38,671 nt of DNA from a virus (lineage: Duplodnaviria > Caudoviricetes): positions 1 through 38,671 of the IMG/VR virus record IMGVR_UViG_3300020045_007445; one strand, 5' to 3'. The notes beneath the pieces are model-generated. The model had not been told where the DNA came from and did no database searches. It was given only the letters and a program-made list of their open reading frames with translations. The translations under genes were made by a program, and so were the position numbers. Shown here piece after piece: positions 1 to 9,217 of the stretch (positions within the stretch are counted from its first letter, which is position 1; each line of letters starts with the position of its first letter).

Positions 1-225
1 ATGAATATAAACAGTTCGCAACTGCCCTTGAATCCCCATTTTTTCAGCATAACTTAACTCAGTGCTTTTTAGTTCTTGCACTTGTGCATTAATAACTGTT
101 GCTAAATAACATGGGAATCTTTCGCCGTACTCATTAATCGTAAAGCCAGCGTATTTTTTAAGCGTAACTTCGCGATTAGGTAGTATTGATTGGATTGCGC
201 TGTTTGCTATTCCTGCTAGGTTCAT
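1..225 (-). CDS. Head-closure/neck protein, 5' part only (runs off window); paralog of 2889..3344
   Basis: ATG at 225 overlaps TAA of 225..749; reverse complement matches 2889..3113 with scattered substitutions. Confidence 0.8.
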   Translation of the reverse strand, partial: MNLAGIANSAIQSILPNREVTLKKYAGFTINEYGERFPCYLATVINAQVQELKSTELSYAEKMGIQGQLRTVYIH

Positions 226-749
226 TAGTCCACTCTATAATTTACTGAATTAAGCAGTAATCCACTATCATTCAGTGGCTTGGTATTGCTTGATAATTTA
301 GGCGGGTTATCACTTTCTAATTGCGCTCGTAACCTTTCGACTAAACCCTTACTTCCTCTAAACCCTGCTTTGTTTTGCTCTCTTAAATAACGCATTGCCA
401 GAGTGATTTTAGATAATGGCGGCATGTAAACACTGGCAATTGACATCTGAATATCGCCCATTACCCGCGCACCTATTAATTCTGCAATATCATCCGGCGT
501 TTTTGATTCATCTAAAAGCAAGTGCTTTGTAATTTCTGAATAAGTGCTTGTATTGTTTTTTAGCACCGGACGCATAAACGGACGGGGCGGTATATTATTG
601 CCCTTTGAGATACTGCCGAACTCTTGAATAGTGGCAATATATGCGACTGGCTGACCTGTTATGTAATACGCGGTATCAAAAAACCCTACCTTGATTTTCT
701 TCTTTGATAGTTCGCGTATTTTAGTTGATAGGTCATCAAGCCCTGTCAT
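225..749 (-). CDS. Neck/tail-completion protein (HK97 gp10-like), copy 1
   Basis: KVGF...VAYIA.IQEFG...IPPRPFMRP...KPL.DSG.LLNSV motif set; position after adaptor gene. Confidence 0.75.
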   Translation of the reverse strand: MTGLDDLSTKIRELSKKKIKVGFFDTAYYITGQPVAYIATIQEFGSISKGNNIPPRPFMRPVLKNNTSTYSEITKHLLLDESKTPDDIAELIGARVMGDIQMSIASVYMPPLSKITLAMRYLREQNKAGFRGSKGLVERLRAQLESDNPPKLSSNTKPLNDSGLLLNSVNYRVD

Positions 750-751
750 TT

Positions 752-1180
752 TTAATAACGCCCATCACGCCCCCGCACGGGTCTATTTTCGCCACCAAAC
801 ATCAATCCGCCAACTGCGGCAATCTCTAAGAGTGCATAAAATCGTTTCCCGTATGGCGTTTCTTGGCAGTACGCATGAAACTGGTTTTTAGGCTGTAGAA
901 TTAAAAAACTTACCGATACCGAGCCTTCACTGCCACTCTGTACCGTGCCACCAGTCCCGTTAGTTGCATAAATTAATTCTAAAGCGTAAAGGTGAGCAGC
1001 AAACAGATTTATAGCTAAAACACGTCTGCTGCCTGATAAATAACCGTAGTCACTAGCCGATATAAATTCGATGGCAATATCCCAGTTTGTCTCAATATCC
1101 GCAACGGGATATTTAACATCATCGGCAAACGTGGGAACGTTTGCCCTGAAAGTTGATTCATCAAAAGTTATATCAGCCAT
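752..1180 (-). CDS. Head-tail adaptor (DUF4054-like)
   Basis: F...P.F.D..KYP, L.AAHL, SEGSVSVSF, TPYG..FY.L motifs; synteny after capsid. Confidence 0.75.
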   Translation of the reverse strand: MADITFDESTFRANVPTFADDVKYPVADIETNWDIAIEFISASDYGYLSGSRRVLAINLFAAHLYALELIYATNGTGGTVQSGSEGSVSVSFLILQPKNQFHAYCQETPYGKRFYALLEIAAVGGLMFGGENRPVRGRDGRY

Positions 1181-1183
1181 GAT

Positions 1184-1606
1184 TTAAGCCTTAGCTGATT
1201 TTTTCGATTTTTCGACTAATCCATCCGCTAACTGAGATTCAGTTAACGCGCCTTGCTCATTTAACAACAAAGCCACACCCGCGCTTTCGCCTTGCTTGTC
1301 TGCGATAATATCCAAGTCGCCTTGTTGTACTGGCAATGAATTATCTTTTAATGCGGTTAATTCAGATAACGCTTTGTAAGCATCGGCTTCTGAATCCCCA
1401 CTAACCACAGACACCCAGCCATCACGCTCGGCGCGTAAAAAAGCAGGGTCGTTTTTCAAGGTTTTAAGTTCATCATCGGTTACGGATGTAATCGCGGCAT
1501 AGTCGCGAGTAACAAGATTTGAGGATGTTAAGCCAGAACCACCTTTGATAATTACGCCGTCATAATTGACGGCTCTTACTGATTTTGAAGCAATATAAGC
1601 CGTCAT
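1184..1606 (-). CDS. Virion-associated hypothetical protein following major capsid gene
   Basis: 140 aa ORF tightly packed between capsid and adaptor genes. Confidence 0.55.
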   Translation of the reverse strand: MTAYIASKSVRAVNYDGVIIKGGSGLTSSNLVTRDYAAITSVTDDELKTLKNDPAFLRAERDGWVSVVSGDSEADAYKALSELTALKDNSLPVQQGDLDIIADKQGESAGVALLLNEQGALTESQLADGLVEKSKKSAKA

Positions 1607-1609
1607 TGT

Positions 1610-2135
1610 TTACATTCCATAAGCCCACGCAACCAGCGTAGGACGTTTAATTAAAGTTCCAGCAACTTTTGTCACGGTTGATTTTGTAATTCCGCCGTTT
1701 TGGTTCGGGATAGCAGCCAGTAAATAATCAATTACATTAACAATCGGACTAACAACCGCTAAATCATCAGTAGATTCGTCATAGTCAACCGCTTGCGAAG
1801 CAATCAACATCATCACGTCATCAGTGCTATTGTGAGCATCCTTCAAATATGGCGCGGCTTCGATTGTCATGCCTTTGTAAGTTTGCAACAACTGGTCTTT
1901 AACGCTGATATTGCCTTGCACGTTGAACGTTGAAATGTAATTAAACGCATCCGGGGCTAACAACAAAATGCAAGCGTCTTTGTAAACATCAAAGCCTGTC
2001 AATGTGGTATCGGTGATAGCCGCCATTAGCTTGGTTCTAATGTCATCCAAGATTAACAGATATGTTTTATTTACCCATAGCGGACTAGAGCCTGAGCCAG
2101 TGCTTGCTACTGCTGTAATAGCTGGCATGTTAGGG
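1610..2135 (-). pseudogene. Major capsid protein (DUF2184-like), C-terminal half only, 5'-truncated at the inversion junction
   Basis: Reads PNMPAITAV..W.NKT..I.DDI ... AG..IKRP..VA...GM; no RBS before ATG 2128; upstream sequence is the antisense of another gene's 3' end. Confidence 0.7.
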
Positions 2136-2156
2136 GGCGTGATGGGCGTTATTAAA
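2133..2156 (+). repeat. 24-bp exact inverted copy of 751..774 (3' end of DUF4054-like gene)
   Basis: gggggcgtgatgggcgttattaaa is the reverse complement of tttaataacgcccatcacgccccc. Confidence 0.95.
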
Positions 2157-2182
2157 CAACTAATAAATAAGGCAATTAAAAA

Positions 2183-2362
2183 ATGAATGATATAGAGCCA
2201 ACAAAATCAGAATGCGTTATTTCTGTAGAACAAAATATTGAAAATAAAAAAGACAGTGAATTATTCAGGGTTGTTTTTAAAGTCGGTGATATTTCGCAGG
2301 AATTTGAATCATCTACTGTACAGGGTGTTCTTGAACTAATAGCACTTACACAAAACCAGTAA
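2183..2362 (+). CDS. 59-aa hypothetical protein (not in ORF track)
   Basis: MNDIEPTKSECVISVEQ...LIALTQNQ*; TAATG overlap with next gene; absent from the inverted copy. Confidence 0.6.
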   Translation: MNDIEPTKSECVISVEQNIENKKDSELFRVVFKVGDISQEFESSTVQGVLELIALTQNQ

Positions 2363-2889
2363 TGTCAGGGCTTGATGACTTAGCCGCTAAAATTCGCCAG
2401 TTATCAGCTAAAAAAATCAAGGTTGGGTTTTTTGATACCGCTTATTACATACAGGGTCGCAACCCTGTTGCATACATTGCCACTATTCAGGAATTTGGCA
2501 GTATTTCAAAAGGCAATAACATACCGCCCCGTCCATTTATGCGTCCGGTGTTAAAAAACAACACAAACACTTATGCAGAAATTACAAAGCATTTGCTTTT
2601 GGACGAATCAAAAACGCCAGATGATATTGCGGAATTGATAGGGGCGAGGGTAATGGGTGACATTCAGATGTCAATTGCCAGTGTTTACACGCCACCATTA
2701 TCTAAAATCACTTTGGCAATGCGTTATTTAAGAGAGCAAAACAAAGCAGGGTTTAGAGGCAGTAAAGGATTGGTGGAACGATTACGAGCGCAATTAGAAA
2801 GTGATAATCCACCTAAGTTATCAAGCAATACCAAGCCATTAAATGATAGTGGATTACTGCTTAATTCAGTGAATTATAGAGTGGACTAA
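2362..2889 (+). CDS. Neck/tail-completion protein (HK97 gp10-like), copy 2
   Basis: Same motifs as 225..749. Confidence 0.75.
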   Translation: MSGLDDLAAKIRQLSAKKIKVGFFDTAYYIQGRNPVAYIATIQEFGSISKGNNIPPRPFMRPVLKNNTNTYAEITKHLLLDESKTPDDIAELIGARVMGDIQMSIASVYTPPLSKITLAMRYLREQNKAGFRGSKGLVERLRAQLESDNPPKLSSNTKPLNDSGLLLNSVNYRVD

Positions 2890-3344
2890 TGAATCTAGCA
2901 GGAATAGCAAACAGCGCAATCCAATCAATACTACCTAACCGCGAAGTTACGTTAAAAAAATACGCTGGCTTTACGATTAATGAGTACGGCGAAAGATTCC
3001 CGTGTTATTTATCAACAGTCATAAAAGCACAAGTTCAGGAACTAAAAAGCACTGAGTTAAGTTATGCCGAAAAAATGGGGATTCAAGGACAGTTGCGAAG
3101 TATTTATATTCATACCCCGTACTCAATAATAGCGAACATGCAAGGCGAAAGCGGCGGTGATTTGATTTATATTGACGGTGTTGATTGGCTGATTATTACA
3201 CTCACAGAATTATACCCTGACTACTCAAAAGGCATTATTCAGCGGCAATCATCAATTCAAGACGCTTACACGATTGATAGTTTTTTAACCGATGATAGCG
3301 GTAATTTTATTACTCAGGATAACGGCGGATTGATTATTGTATGA
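2889..3344 (+). CDS. Head-closure/neck protein with C-terminal FITQDNGGLII extension
   Basis: AQVQ.L...L......IQG..RS.Y, GGDL, E.YPD motifs; synteny. Confidence 0.65.
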   Translation: MNLAGIANSAIQSILPNREVTLKKYAGFTINEYGERFPCYLSTVIKAQVQELKSTELSYAEKMGIQGQLRSIYIHTPYSIIANMQGESGGDLIYIDGVDWLIITLTELYPDYSKGIIQRQSSIQDAYTIDSFLTDDSGNFITQDNGGLIIV

Positions 3345-3838
3345 GTATTACAGCATCCAACAACTTAAGGCTAATTAAAAAAACAATCGGTGATGCTGTT
3401 TCCGGCTTGATTGACTGGGATTATGTTGTGGCAATGAATAACAAAGTTGAAATGCCGGACGGTGACTTCTTTCTGATTAATGTTATCGGTCAACAAAGAC
3501 AAGCCACAAACATTGTTACCCATGAAACCATAGACGATATTTTTTATCGCTATGAACAGGTGATTGCTGAAATTTCAGTTCAGTTTGATTTTATTGGTTT
3601 AGAGTCACAAAACGCAGCAATGAAACTTGAAATGTTAAGCCGTTCTACTCAGTTAATTGATGCTGGCATAATAGTTTTATATGGCACGCAACCCAAACAA
3701 TTACCTTTTGAAGATGCTCACAAACTCATGCGTGAACGGTGGGAATTGGAATTGCAAATCTCATTTAACAACACATTTACAACCATTGCTGAACCTGTTG
3801 AAACAGCGGCAATTACAGTTAATCCACTACCTAACTAA
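3341..3838 (+). CDS. Tail terminator/neck protein
   Basis: Directly precedes sheath; VQFDF.G and RW.LELQI motifs. Confidence 0.6.
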   Translation: MSITASNNLRLIKKTIGDAVSGLIDWDYVVAMNNKVEMPDGDFFLINVIGQQRQATNIVTHETIDDIFYRYEQVIAEISVQFDFIGLESQNAAMKLEMLSRSTQLIDAGIIVLYGTQPKQLPFEDAHKLMRERWELELQISFNNTFTTIAEPVETAAITVNPLPN

Positions 3839-3849
3839 AAGGGTGAAAC

Positions 3850-5349
3850 ATGGCAACAATTGATATAGGCGAAGCTGGGATTATCACAGTTACCGCTTCC
3901 GTGCTGGAAACAACACAGCAAGCACTTAGCCAGAACGGGCTGTTTTTCAGCGAGTCTGAAAGATTGCCGACTGATACAATTACATCATTTAGCAGCGATA
4001 CCGCAGTAGGTAATTTTTTCGGCACAAGCTCAGATGAATATACAGCGGCAACTCGTTATTTTAAAGGCTTTGACGGTTCGTTTAAAAAACCTACCGAAAT
4101 GATTTTTTACCGTAAAGTATCCAGTGCAGCTGAAGCTTGGTTATTGGGCGGATCGGTTGCAAGCGTTTTGCTAACAGATATTCAAGCGATTACAGCCGGA
4201 ACTTTTACAATTACAATTGATGCTGAAACATTTACGACCACAGCCATTGATTTAAGCAGCGCAACATCGTTCACTAACGCGGCTGCTTTGCTACAAGTTG
4301 ATTTAAGGGTTAACTTTGTAGCTGATGTCGTTGTTGAATATGACGTTACAGCAAGCGCGTTTAAAATATCAAGTGCAACAACCGGCTCAAATTCTGTTAT
4401 TACTTTCGCAACTGGCACGGTTGCAACTGCATTAAAGCTTTTATCAACACAAGGCGGTATTTTGTCACAAGGCGCGGCAATCACAAGTTACAGCGATTCG
4501 ATTGATAATGTGTGGAATGCCAATACCAAAGACTTTGTGAGTGTGACAACTATTGAAGTTTTAGATGATGCTGAATTTTTAGAGTTAGCTGGCTGGATTG
4601 CGAATAAAAACGATTGCGCTATTTTATTTGTCCAAACAACGGACGCTGCTGTTATTGACTCGCAAAGCGTAACCGATGTTAATAGCGTATTAGCTGATGC
4701 TGGGTATAACTGCGCTCGTGGTGTTTACGGTACTTTTGAAAGCGCGGCGGCTCAGTGTGGCTTTGTAGCCTGTTTAGATTTTGACCGCGAAGGCGGATGG
4801 GGTACGCTGGCATTTAAGCAGCAGTCAGGATTGCCAACTATTGGAATGACAACTGCGGATTGTATCGCGGCAAAAGCGAAAGGCTATATTTTCTTCAGCA
4901 CGTTCTCAACTCGTGCAAGCCGTGAAAACTTTGACTATCTTGGTAGTTTTGGTGATTGGGCTTATCCTGATGTTTTAGCGGGTAAAATCGTTATTGAAGA
5001 TCGTTGCCAAATTACTATTGAAAACGTGCTGTTATCAAGCTCTATCGAAAACAACGAAGACGGACGCGCTATTATCCGTTCTGCTTTGTCGGATTCTGTT
5101 TTTGAAGTGGGCAAGCTGGCGAAAGCGATTAGCAAAGGCGAAACATTATCACAAGCTCAGCGTGACAAAGCCAATCAGTTTTTGAATGACCCACAGGGCT
5201 ATCAAAATATTGAACAAAATGGCTATCACATCAAAATGACAGCTAAAGTACCAGGCGCAACGGATAGACATATTGATGGCGTGGGCGTTTACCAATCGGG
5301 CGGATTTGTCCATTCAGTAGCATTAAGACTCAAAACACAGGTGAACTAA
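3850..5349 (+). CDS. Tail sheath protein (DUF3383-like)
   Basis: 499 aa; V..FFG.SS.EY.AA..YF.GF, DLS.ATSF..AA, TLAFKQQSGL motifs. Confidence 0.85.
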   Translation: MATIDIGEAGIITVTASVLETTQQALSQNGLFFSESERLPTDTITSFSSDTAVGNFFGTSSDEYTAATRYFKGFDGSFKKPTEMIFYRKVSSAAEAWLLGGSVASVLLTDIQAITAGTFTITIDAETFTTTAIDLSSATSFTNAAALLQVDLRVNFVADVVVEYDVTASAFKISSATTGSNSVITFATGTVATALKLLSTQGGILSQGAAITSYSDSIDNVWNANTKDFVSVTTIEVLDDAEFLELAGWIANKNDCAILFVQTTDAAVIDSQSVTDVNSVLADAGYNCARGVYGTFESAAAQCGFVACLDFDREGGWGTLAFKQQSGLPTIGMTTADCIAAKAKGYIFFSTFSTRASRENFDYLGSFGDWAYPDVLAGKIVIEDRCQITIENVLLSSSIENNEDGRAIIRSALSDSVFEVGKLAKAISKGETLSQAQRDKANQFLNDPQGYQNIEQNGYHIKMTAKVPGATDRHIDGVGVYQSGGFVHSVALRLKTQVN

Positions 5350-5350
5350 C

Positions 5351-5797
5351 ATGGCAGATAAATCAGGAAGTTTAATCAATAGCACATTGCTTATTACTTG
5401 CTCAAATGCGGGATTTTCAGCTACAAAGCTGCAAGCTTTTGGCGATAATGAAATGATTAAGATTGATGATATTAATGACTCAGTTTTAGATGTTACTGTG
5501 GATAACGTCAGTATTGGCAGTCGTATAGCGGCTAAATCAGCAGCTAACATCACGCTTCATAGTGCCTCTGATTCGTGCAAAGTTTTTAACGCAATTAGAA
5601 ATTTATCGGGTGTTGATTCTGGCGAAGTGGCAAACATTGAATCTCTGGATTGGTCTATTAAATCAATTGGTCTGCGAGTTTCAATCAAAAACGCAACACT
5701 AACAGGTTTTGGAGCACCAAGCGGTAGCAATAAACTTGGAAACCGAGCGTTTAAACTTGAGTTCAGCACGAAAGACTACCAAGAGTCGCAAATATAA
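5351..5797 (+). CDS. Tail tube protein
   Basis: 148 aa directly after sheath; LQAF.D and ITL...S.S...F motifs. Confidence 0.65.
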   Translation: MADKSGSLINSTLLITCSNAGFSATKLQAFGDNEMIKIDDINDSVLDVTVDNVSIGSRIAAKSAANITLHSASDSCKVFNAIRNLSGVDSGEVANIESLDWSIKSIGLRVSIKNATLTGFGAPSGSNKLGNRAFKLEFSTKDYQESQI

Positions 5798-6231
5798 TGA
5801 TTAATGACAAAATTGTAGAGTTGCCGTTTGGTACTGAGAAAGGTAAAAAGTTTACACTTAAACCTATGAGTGCGTGGGCTGAATTTAAGCTTTGCGAGTT
5901 TGCTGTATCTGCAATTTCACGCGGCTCTCGTGATGGTGGCGAATATCAATCTGCTATTTCAATTGCATCAGTTGTCGAATATGTTAAGTCATATTCGCCC
6001 GATGATGTTGATGTTGAAATTATGGTGACTCGTATATTGGGATTGATTAGTGATAATGACCAAAATGCGATAATTCAAAAGCTTTATGAAAATGTTAAGT
6101 TTTTGAACTCAGACAGTAAAGAAATAGATTTTTTGCCGGATGCTCACATCACAGATCCGCGTAACCATTTCTTTTTAATTGCCGAATCCATCAAGGCAAG
6201 GATAAATTTTTACAAGGGCGTAAGCGACTAA
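5797..6231 (+). CDS. Tail assembly chaperone (gpG-like)
   Basis: Between tube and tape measure; GK.F.L..MSA..; slippery heptamer near 3' end. Confidence 0.7.
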   Translation: MINDKIVELPFGTEKGKKFTLKPMSAWAEFKLCEFAVSAISRGSRDGGEYQSAISIASVVEYVKSYSPDDVDVEIMVTRILGLISDNDQNAIIQKLYENVKFLNSDSKEIDFLPDAHITDPRNHFFLIAESIKARINFYKGVSD

Positions 6232-6443
6232 ACTTACGCCCGTTATTTGTCGAACCGCATAAAAACCAAGATAGTTTAGCAAATACGGTCAACATACCGC
6301 CCTTGTTTTATCTAATAATAACTCAAGGGCTGTGTACGCTAAATGAGCTTAAAACGGTTTACACTATGGAAGATGCTTTTAACTTGTATGAAATTGCAGA
6401 AGTCCAACATTATAATAAGGTGCTGCTAAGTGATAGTAACTGA
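6204..6443 (+). CDS. -1 frameshift extension of tail chaperone (gpGT-like)
   Basis: A AAT TTT at 6204-6210; -1 frame open to TGA 6441-6443, encoding ...GLCTLNELKTVYTMEDAFNLYEI..V.HYN. Confidence 0.75.
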   Translation, partial: KFLQGRKRLNLRPLFVEPHKNQDSLANTVNIPPLFYLIITQGLCTLNELKTVYTMEDAFNLYEIAEVQHYNKVLLSDSN

Positions 6444-8277
6444 AGCTACGATTGATATAGGTTTTGACGGCAAAAAAGCGGATGATGGGATTAAGCAAAC
6501 CCGTAAAAACGTCAAAGACTTACATGACGATGCTAAAAAAGCAGGTAAAGAGCTAAACAATAGCTTGAAAGATTTACGCGACTTAGGGCGTGAGATTGCT
6601 ACTAATCCTGTTTTTTTAACCGGCGCGGCGTTTATTGCTGTATCAAGTGAGTTAAATAAAACCGCCCGCGCTATTCGCGAAACATCCTACCTCGCTCAAA
6701 ACATAGCCCTACCAGAAAACAAAATTCGTGCGTTTGGACGGGTAGCCGAACAGTCGGGCGCAAGTATTGAGTCAATGAATGGCTTTTTACAAAGCATGGC
6801 GCAAAAAACGGCTGCACTTAATTCTGGCAGGGTGGGAACAAGTGTTGCTAGTGTTATGGGCGCATCGTTTACTTCTTACGGTGGCAATGCTGAAATAATG
6901 CGGCGAGGTTCACCTGAACAGCAACTACTGCACTTTGCAGAAATTTATAAAACGATTGAGAAAAGAGCTTTATCGTTAGGTAAAACTAAAGAGCAAGCTC
7001 AATCACTTGCCAGTCAAGAAATGATGATTCTTGGGGTTAATCAAGATTTAATCCCTGTTTTGAGGATGCAAGGGGATGAACTTAGAAAAAATGTTGCTGA
7101 ACAATCTAAGCTTGTAGGATTAACAGAGTCGGATATTGAGTCTTCAAAACGATTCGCTAAGTCGTGGACAGAAATAAGTCAGAATATAGATACAGCGGTT
7201 ACAAGAACTAAATTGTTTTTAATCGATGATTTTGCAGGAGTTATGGAGGTTTTAGCTAATCCAACAAAAGAATTAACCATTGATAAAGCGATTGAACGCT
7301 GGAAGCCAAAAATAAAAACAGCTTTATATGAGTTATCAGACCAAAAGGTAGCGGAACGATGGAAAAACACGTTAAAGCCAGCAGTAAATCTATTTACTGA
7401 CATTGAAAACGGCACAAACCGCGCTAAATTCGCACTGGCTGATTACGGCAATACTAACATTGACAACCTGTTATCTAAAGCCGAAAAGCTTAAGAATACG
7501 TTCTCAGGAATGAATTTAAACCCATTGCAAGGTATTGGCGAAAATTTAGGCGGTGCGATTTATAATGCTACACACTCTGATGCTGTAGAGCCTGCTTATA
7601 AAATGACCAGTGCAAAGCAAAAGCAGACGGCAAGTCAATATCGCGATTATCTTGTAAGTAAAGGAATGCCAGCGCATGAGGCAATCGGGGTTTTATCTAA
7701 TCTTTCGTTAGAATCTAACCTTAACCCTAAAGCAACTGACTATAAAACGCATACTCATCACGGATTAGCACAATGGGATATAGGCAGGCAAAAAACCTTT
7801 ACTCGCAGAACTGGGAAAAGAATACTTGACGCATCATGGCAAGAACAGCTTGATTTTTTAATGTGGGAGCTATCCAATACTGAAAAGAAAGCAGGTGACG
7901 CAATGAAACAAGGGCGTAATGCTGGAGACGTTGCGGCGATTATGCGTGAAAAATTTGAAAGACCTGCAAATCCCGGAACTGCTGAAATGGTGCGAGAAAT
8001 GGCTAATGCACGGGCAAAAGCCAGACAATTTGAAAGAACAATAAGCGCAGATTCAGTTAAACAGCAAAACTTCGCTCCAACTGAAATGGCGGCACAGCAA
8101 GCACAGGCGCAGCACATAGCCACCACCAATACAACGAATAACAATTTATCACAACAGCCGTTTTCTGTTACAAACAGCTTTAACATAAACGCAACAGACC
8201 CAAAAGGCACAGCTAAAGAAGTTTCTGAAATTTTCAATAAACAGAAAATGACGTGGGCGCAAACGGGGCAAAACTAA
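6430..8277 (+). CDS. Tape measure protein with C-terminal phage tail lysozyme domain
   Basis: Helical Ala/Lys-rich N-term; GVLSNL.LES.LNP, GLAQW, EQLDF.MWEL, FERPA (Phage_lysozyme2-like). Confidence 0.85.
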   Translation: MIVTEATIDIGFDGKKADDGIKQTRKNVKDLHDDAKKAGKELNNSLKDLRDLGREIATNPVFLTGAAFIAVSSELNKTARAIRETSYLAQNIALPENKIRAFGRVAEQSGASIESMNGFLQSMAQKTAALNSGRVGTSVASVMGASFTSYGGNAEIMRRGSPEQQLLHFAEIYKTIEKRALSLGKTKEQAQSLASQEMMILGVNQDLIPVLRMQGDELRKNVAEQSKLVGLTESDIESSKRFAKSWTEISQNIDTAVTRTKLFLIDDFAGVMEVLANPTKELTIDKAIERWKPKIKTALYELSDQKVAERWKNTLKPAVNLFTDIENGTNRAKFALADYGNTNIDNLLSKAEKLKNTFSGMNLNPLQGIGENLGGAIYNATHSDAVEPAYKMTSAKQKQTASQYRDYLVSKGMPAHEAIGVLSNLSLESNLNPKATDYKTHTHHGLAQWDIGRQKTFTRRTGKRILDASWQEQLDFLMWELSNTEKKAGDAMKQGRNAGDVAAIMREKFERPANPGTAEMVREMANARAKARQFERTISADSVKQQNFAPTEMAAQQAQAQHIATTNTTNNNLSQQPFSVTNSFNINATDPKGTAKEVSEIFNKQKMTWAQTGQN

Positions 8278-8822
8278 TGGCAACTTTAACGCAACAACCT
8301 GACAGCGCAAAGCCACCGATTACAATAACCAAAACAAAGCCTACAGCAGCACCTTTCAAAAAAAGGTTTTATGTGTTGCTGCAAAATGCTTATCAGGAGG
8401 CTTTTAGTTTTCAGGGAAGTTTTGAATTTAGCGCAGATAACATGGCGGTTTTAGCTAATCACCCAATTGAAGGCGGCGCGTTTTATTCGACCAATAAAGT
8501 TAGTTCACCCGCGACATGCACACTGTTAGCTGTTACAGCAAATCAAGCTGAATGCGAAAAGTTAATGAGGCAATGCAATAAATTTATCGAATCAACTGAT
8601 TTATTTAAGATTGTCACGCCTTACGAAGTTTTGGAAAACATGACTTTGAAAGGAATGCCACGCCGTCATCAACCGGATAGGTTTTACAGTTCGTTAGGTG
8701 TCACTTTGACGTTTGCAGAAGTTATGCTGAACAATAAAACCCGCACAGGCAAGACGGCATCACCAAGCGCACAAGCGAAGGTAAACACCGGACAGCCTAC
8801 AGCAAAAGTGGTGGTAAAATGA
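8277..8822 (+). CDS. Baseplate/tail-tube initiator protein
   Basis: TAATG coupling at 8275-8279; HPIEGGAF.S.NKV..P and IVTP.....NM motifs. Confidence 0.65.
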   Translation: MATLTQQPDSAKPPITITKTKPTAAPFKKRFYVLLQNAYQEAFSFQGSFEFSADNMAVLANHPIEGGAFYSTNKVSSPATCTLLAVTANQAECEKLMRQCNKFIESTDLFKIVTPYEVLENMTLKGMPRRHQPDRFYSSLGVTLTFAEVMLNNKTRTGKTASPSAQAKVNTGQPTAKVVVK

Positions 8823-9217
8823 TTCTTGAAATACCTTTACAGTCATTCCCAATGCAAAGATTCGAGGTTGCACTCGAAGGGCAATATTGTCATATTGAAC
8901 TACTGCAACGCGCTGAAAATGAGCTTTATTTTAGTTTGATAGCCAATAATGTAGCGATATGCGATAGTGTTCTATGCCATGATCGTGTGCCAGTGGTGAT
9001 GACAGATTATCGCGGCTTTGTTGGTAATATTTATTTTGAAGATACAAAAGGCGAACTAGACCCCGTTTATACTGGTTTTGGCTCGCGGTATCGTTTGCTT
9101 TATGGTGATTTACCAGCAGACCCAGTTATCAGTGAAGTGCCGGAAGTTATTAGCTATTTGATTGATACAAACGGCGCATTCATTACACAAGATGACGGCG
9201 GGTTGATTATTTTATGA
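8819..9217 (+). CDS. Baseplate plug-like protein with C-terminal FITQDDGGLII extension
   Basis: IPL...P.Q.F.V.L.GQ, Y.GF.G...F.DT.G..DP.Y.G.GSRY.L.Y. Confidence 0.65.
   Translation: MILEIPLQSFPMQRFEVALEGQYCHIELLQRAENELYFSLIANNVAICDSVLCHDRVPVVMTDYRGFVGNIYFEDTKGELDPVYTGFGSRYRLLYGDLPADPVISEVPEVISYLIDTNGAFITQDDGGLIIL

Larger units (their letters stand above)
1..749. repeat. Left arm of imperfect long inverted repeat (partner 2362..3113)
   Basis: Reverse complement of 1-60 matches 3054-3113; proteins 225..749 and 2362..2889 nearly identical with a one-codon indel. Confidence 0.95.

Noticed and set aside
2362-2889. RNA polymerase annotation sometimes given to homologs
   Set aside because: No polymerase motifs; size and synteny indicate a neck protein.
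4182-8237. Antisense ORFs in the tail operon (4182, 5323, 5557, 7179, 7758) and similar shadows elsewhere (10330, 15143, 20553, 29381, 32146)
   Set aside because: They overlap well-supported genes on the opposite strand and lack RBS or motifs.
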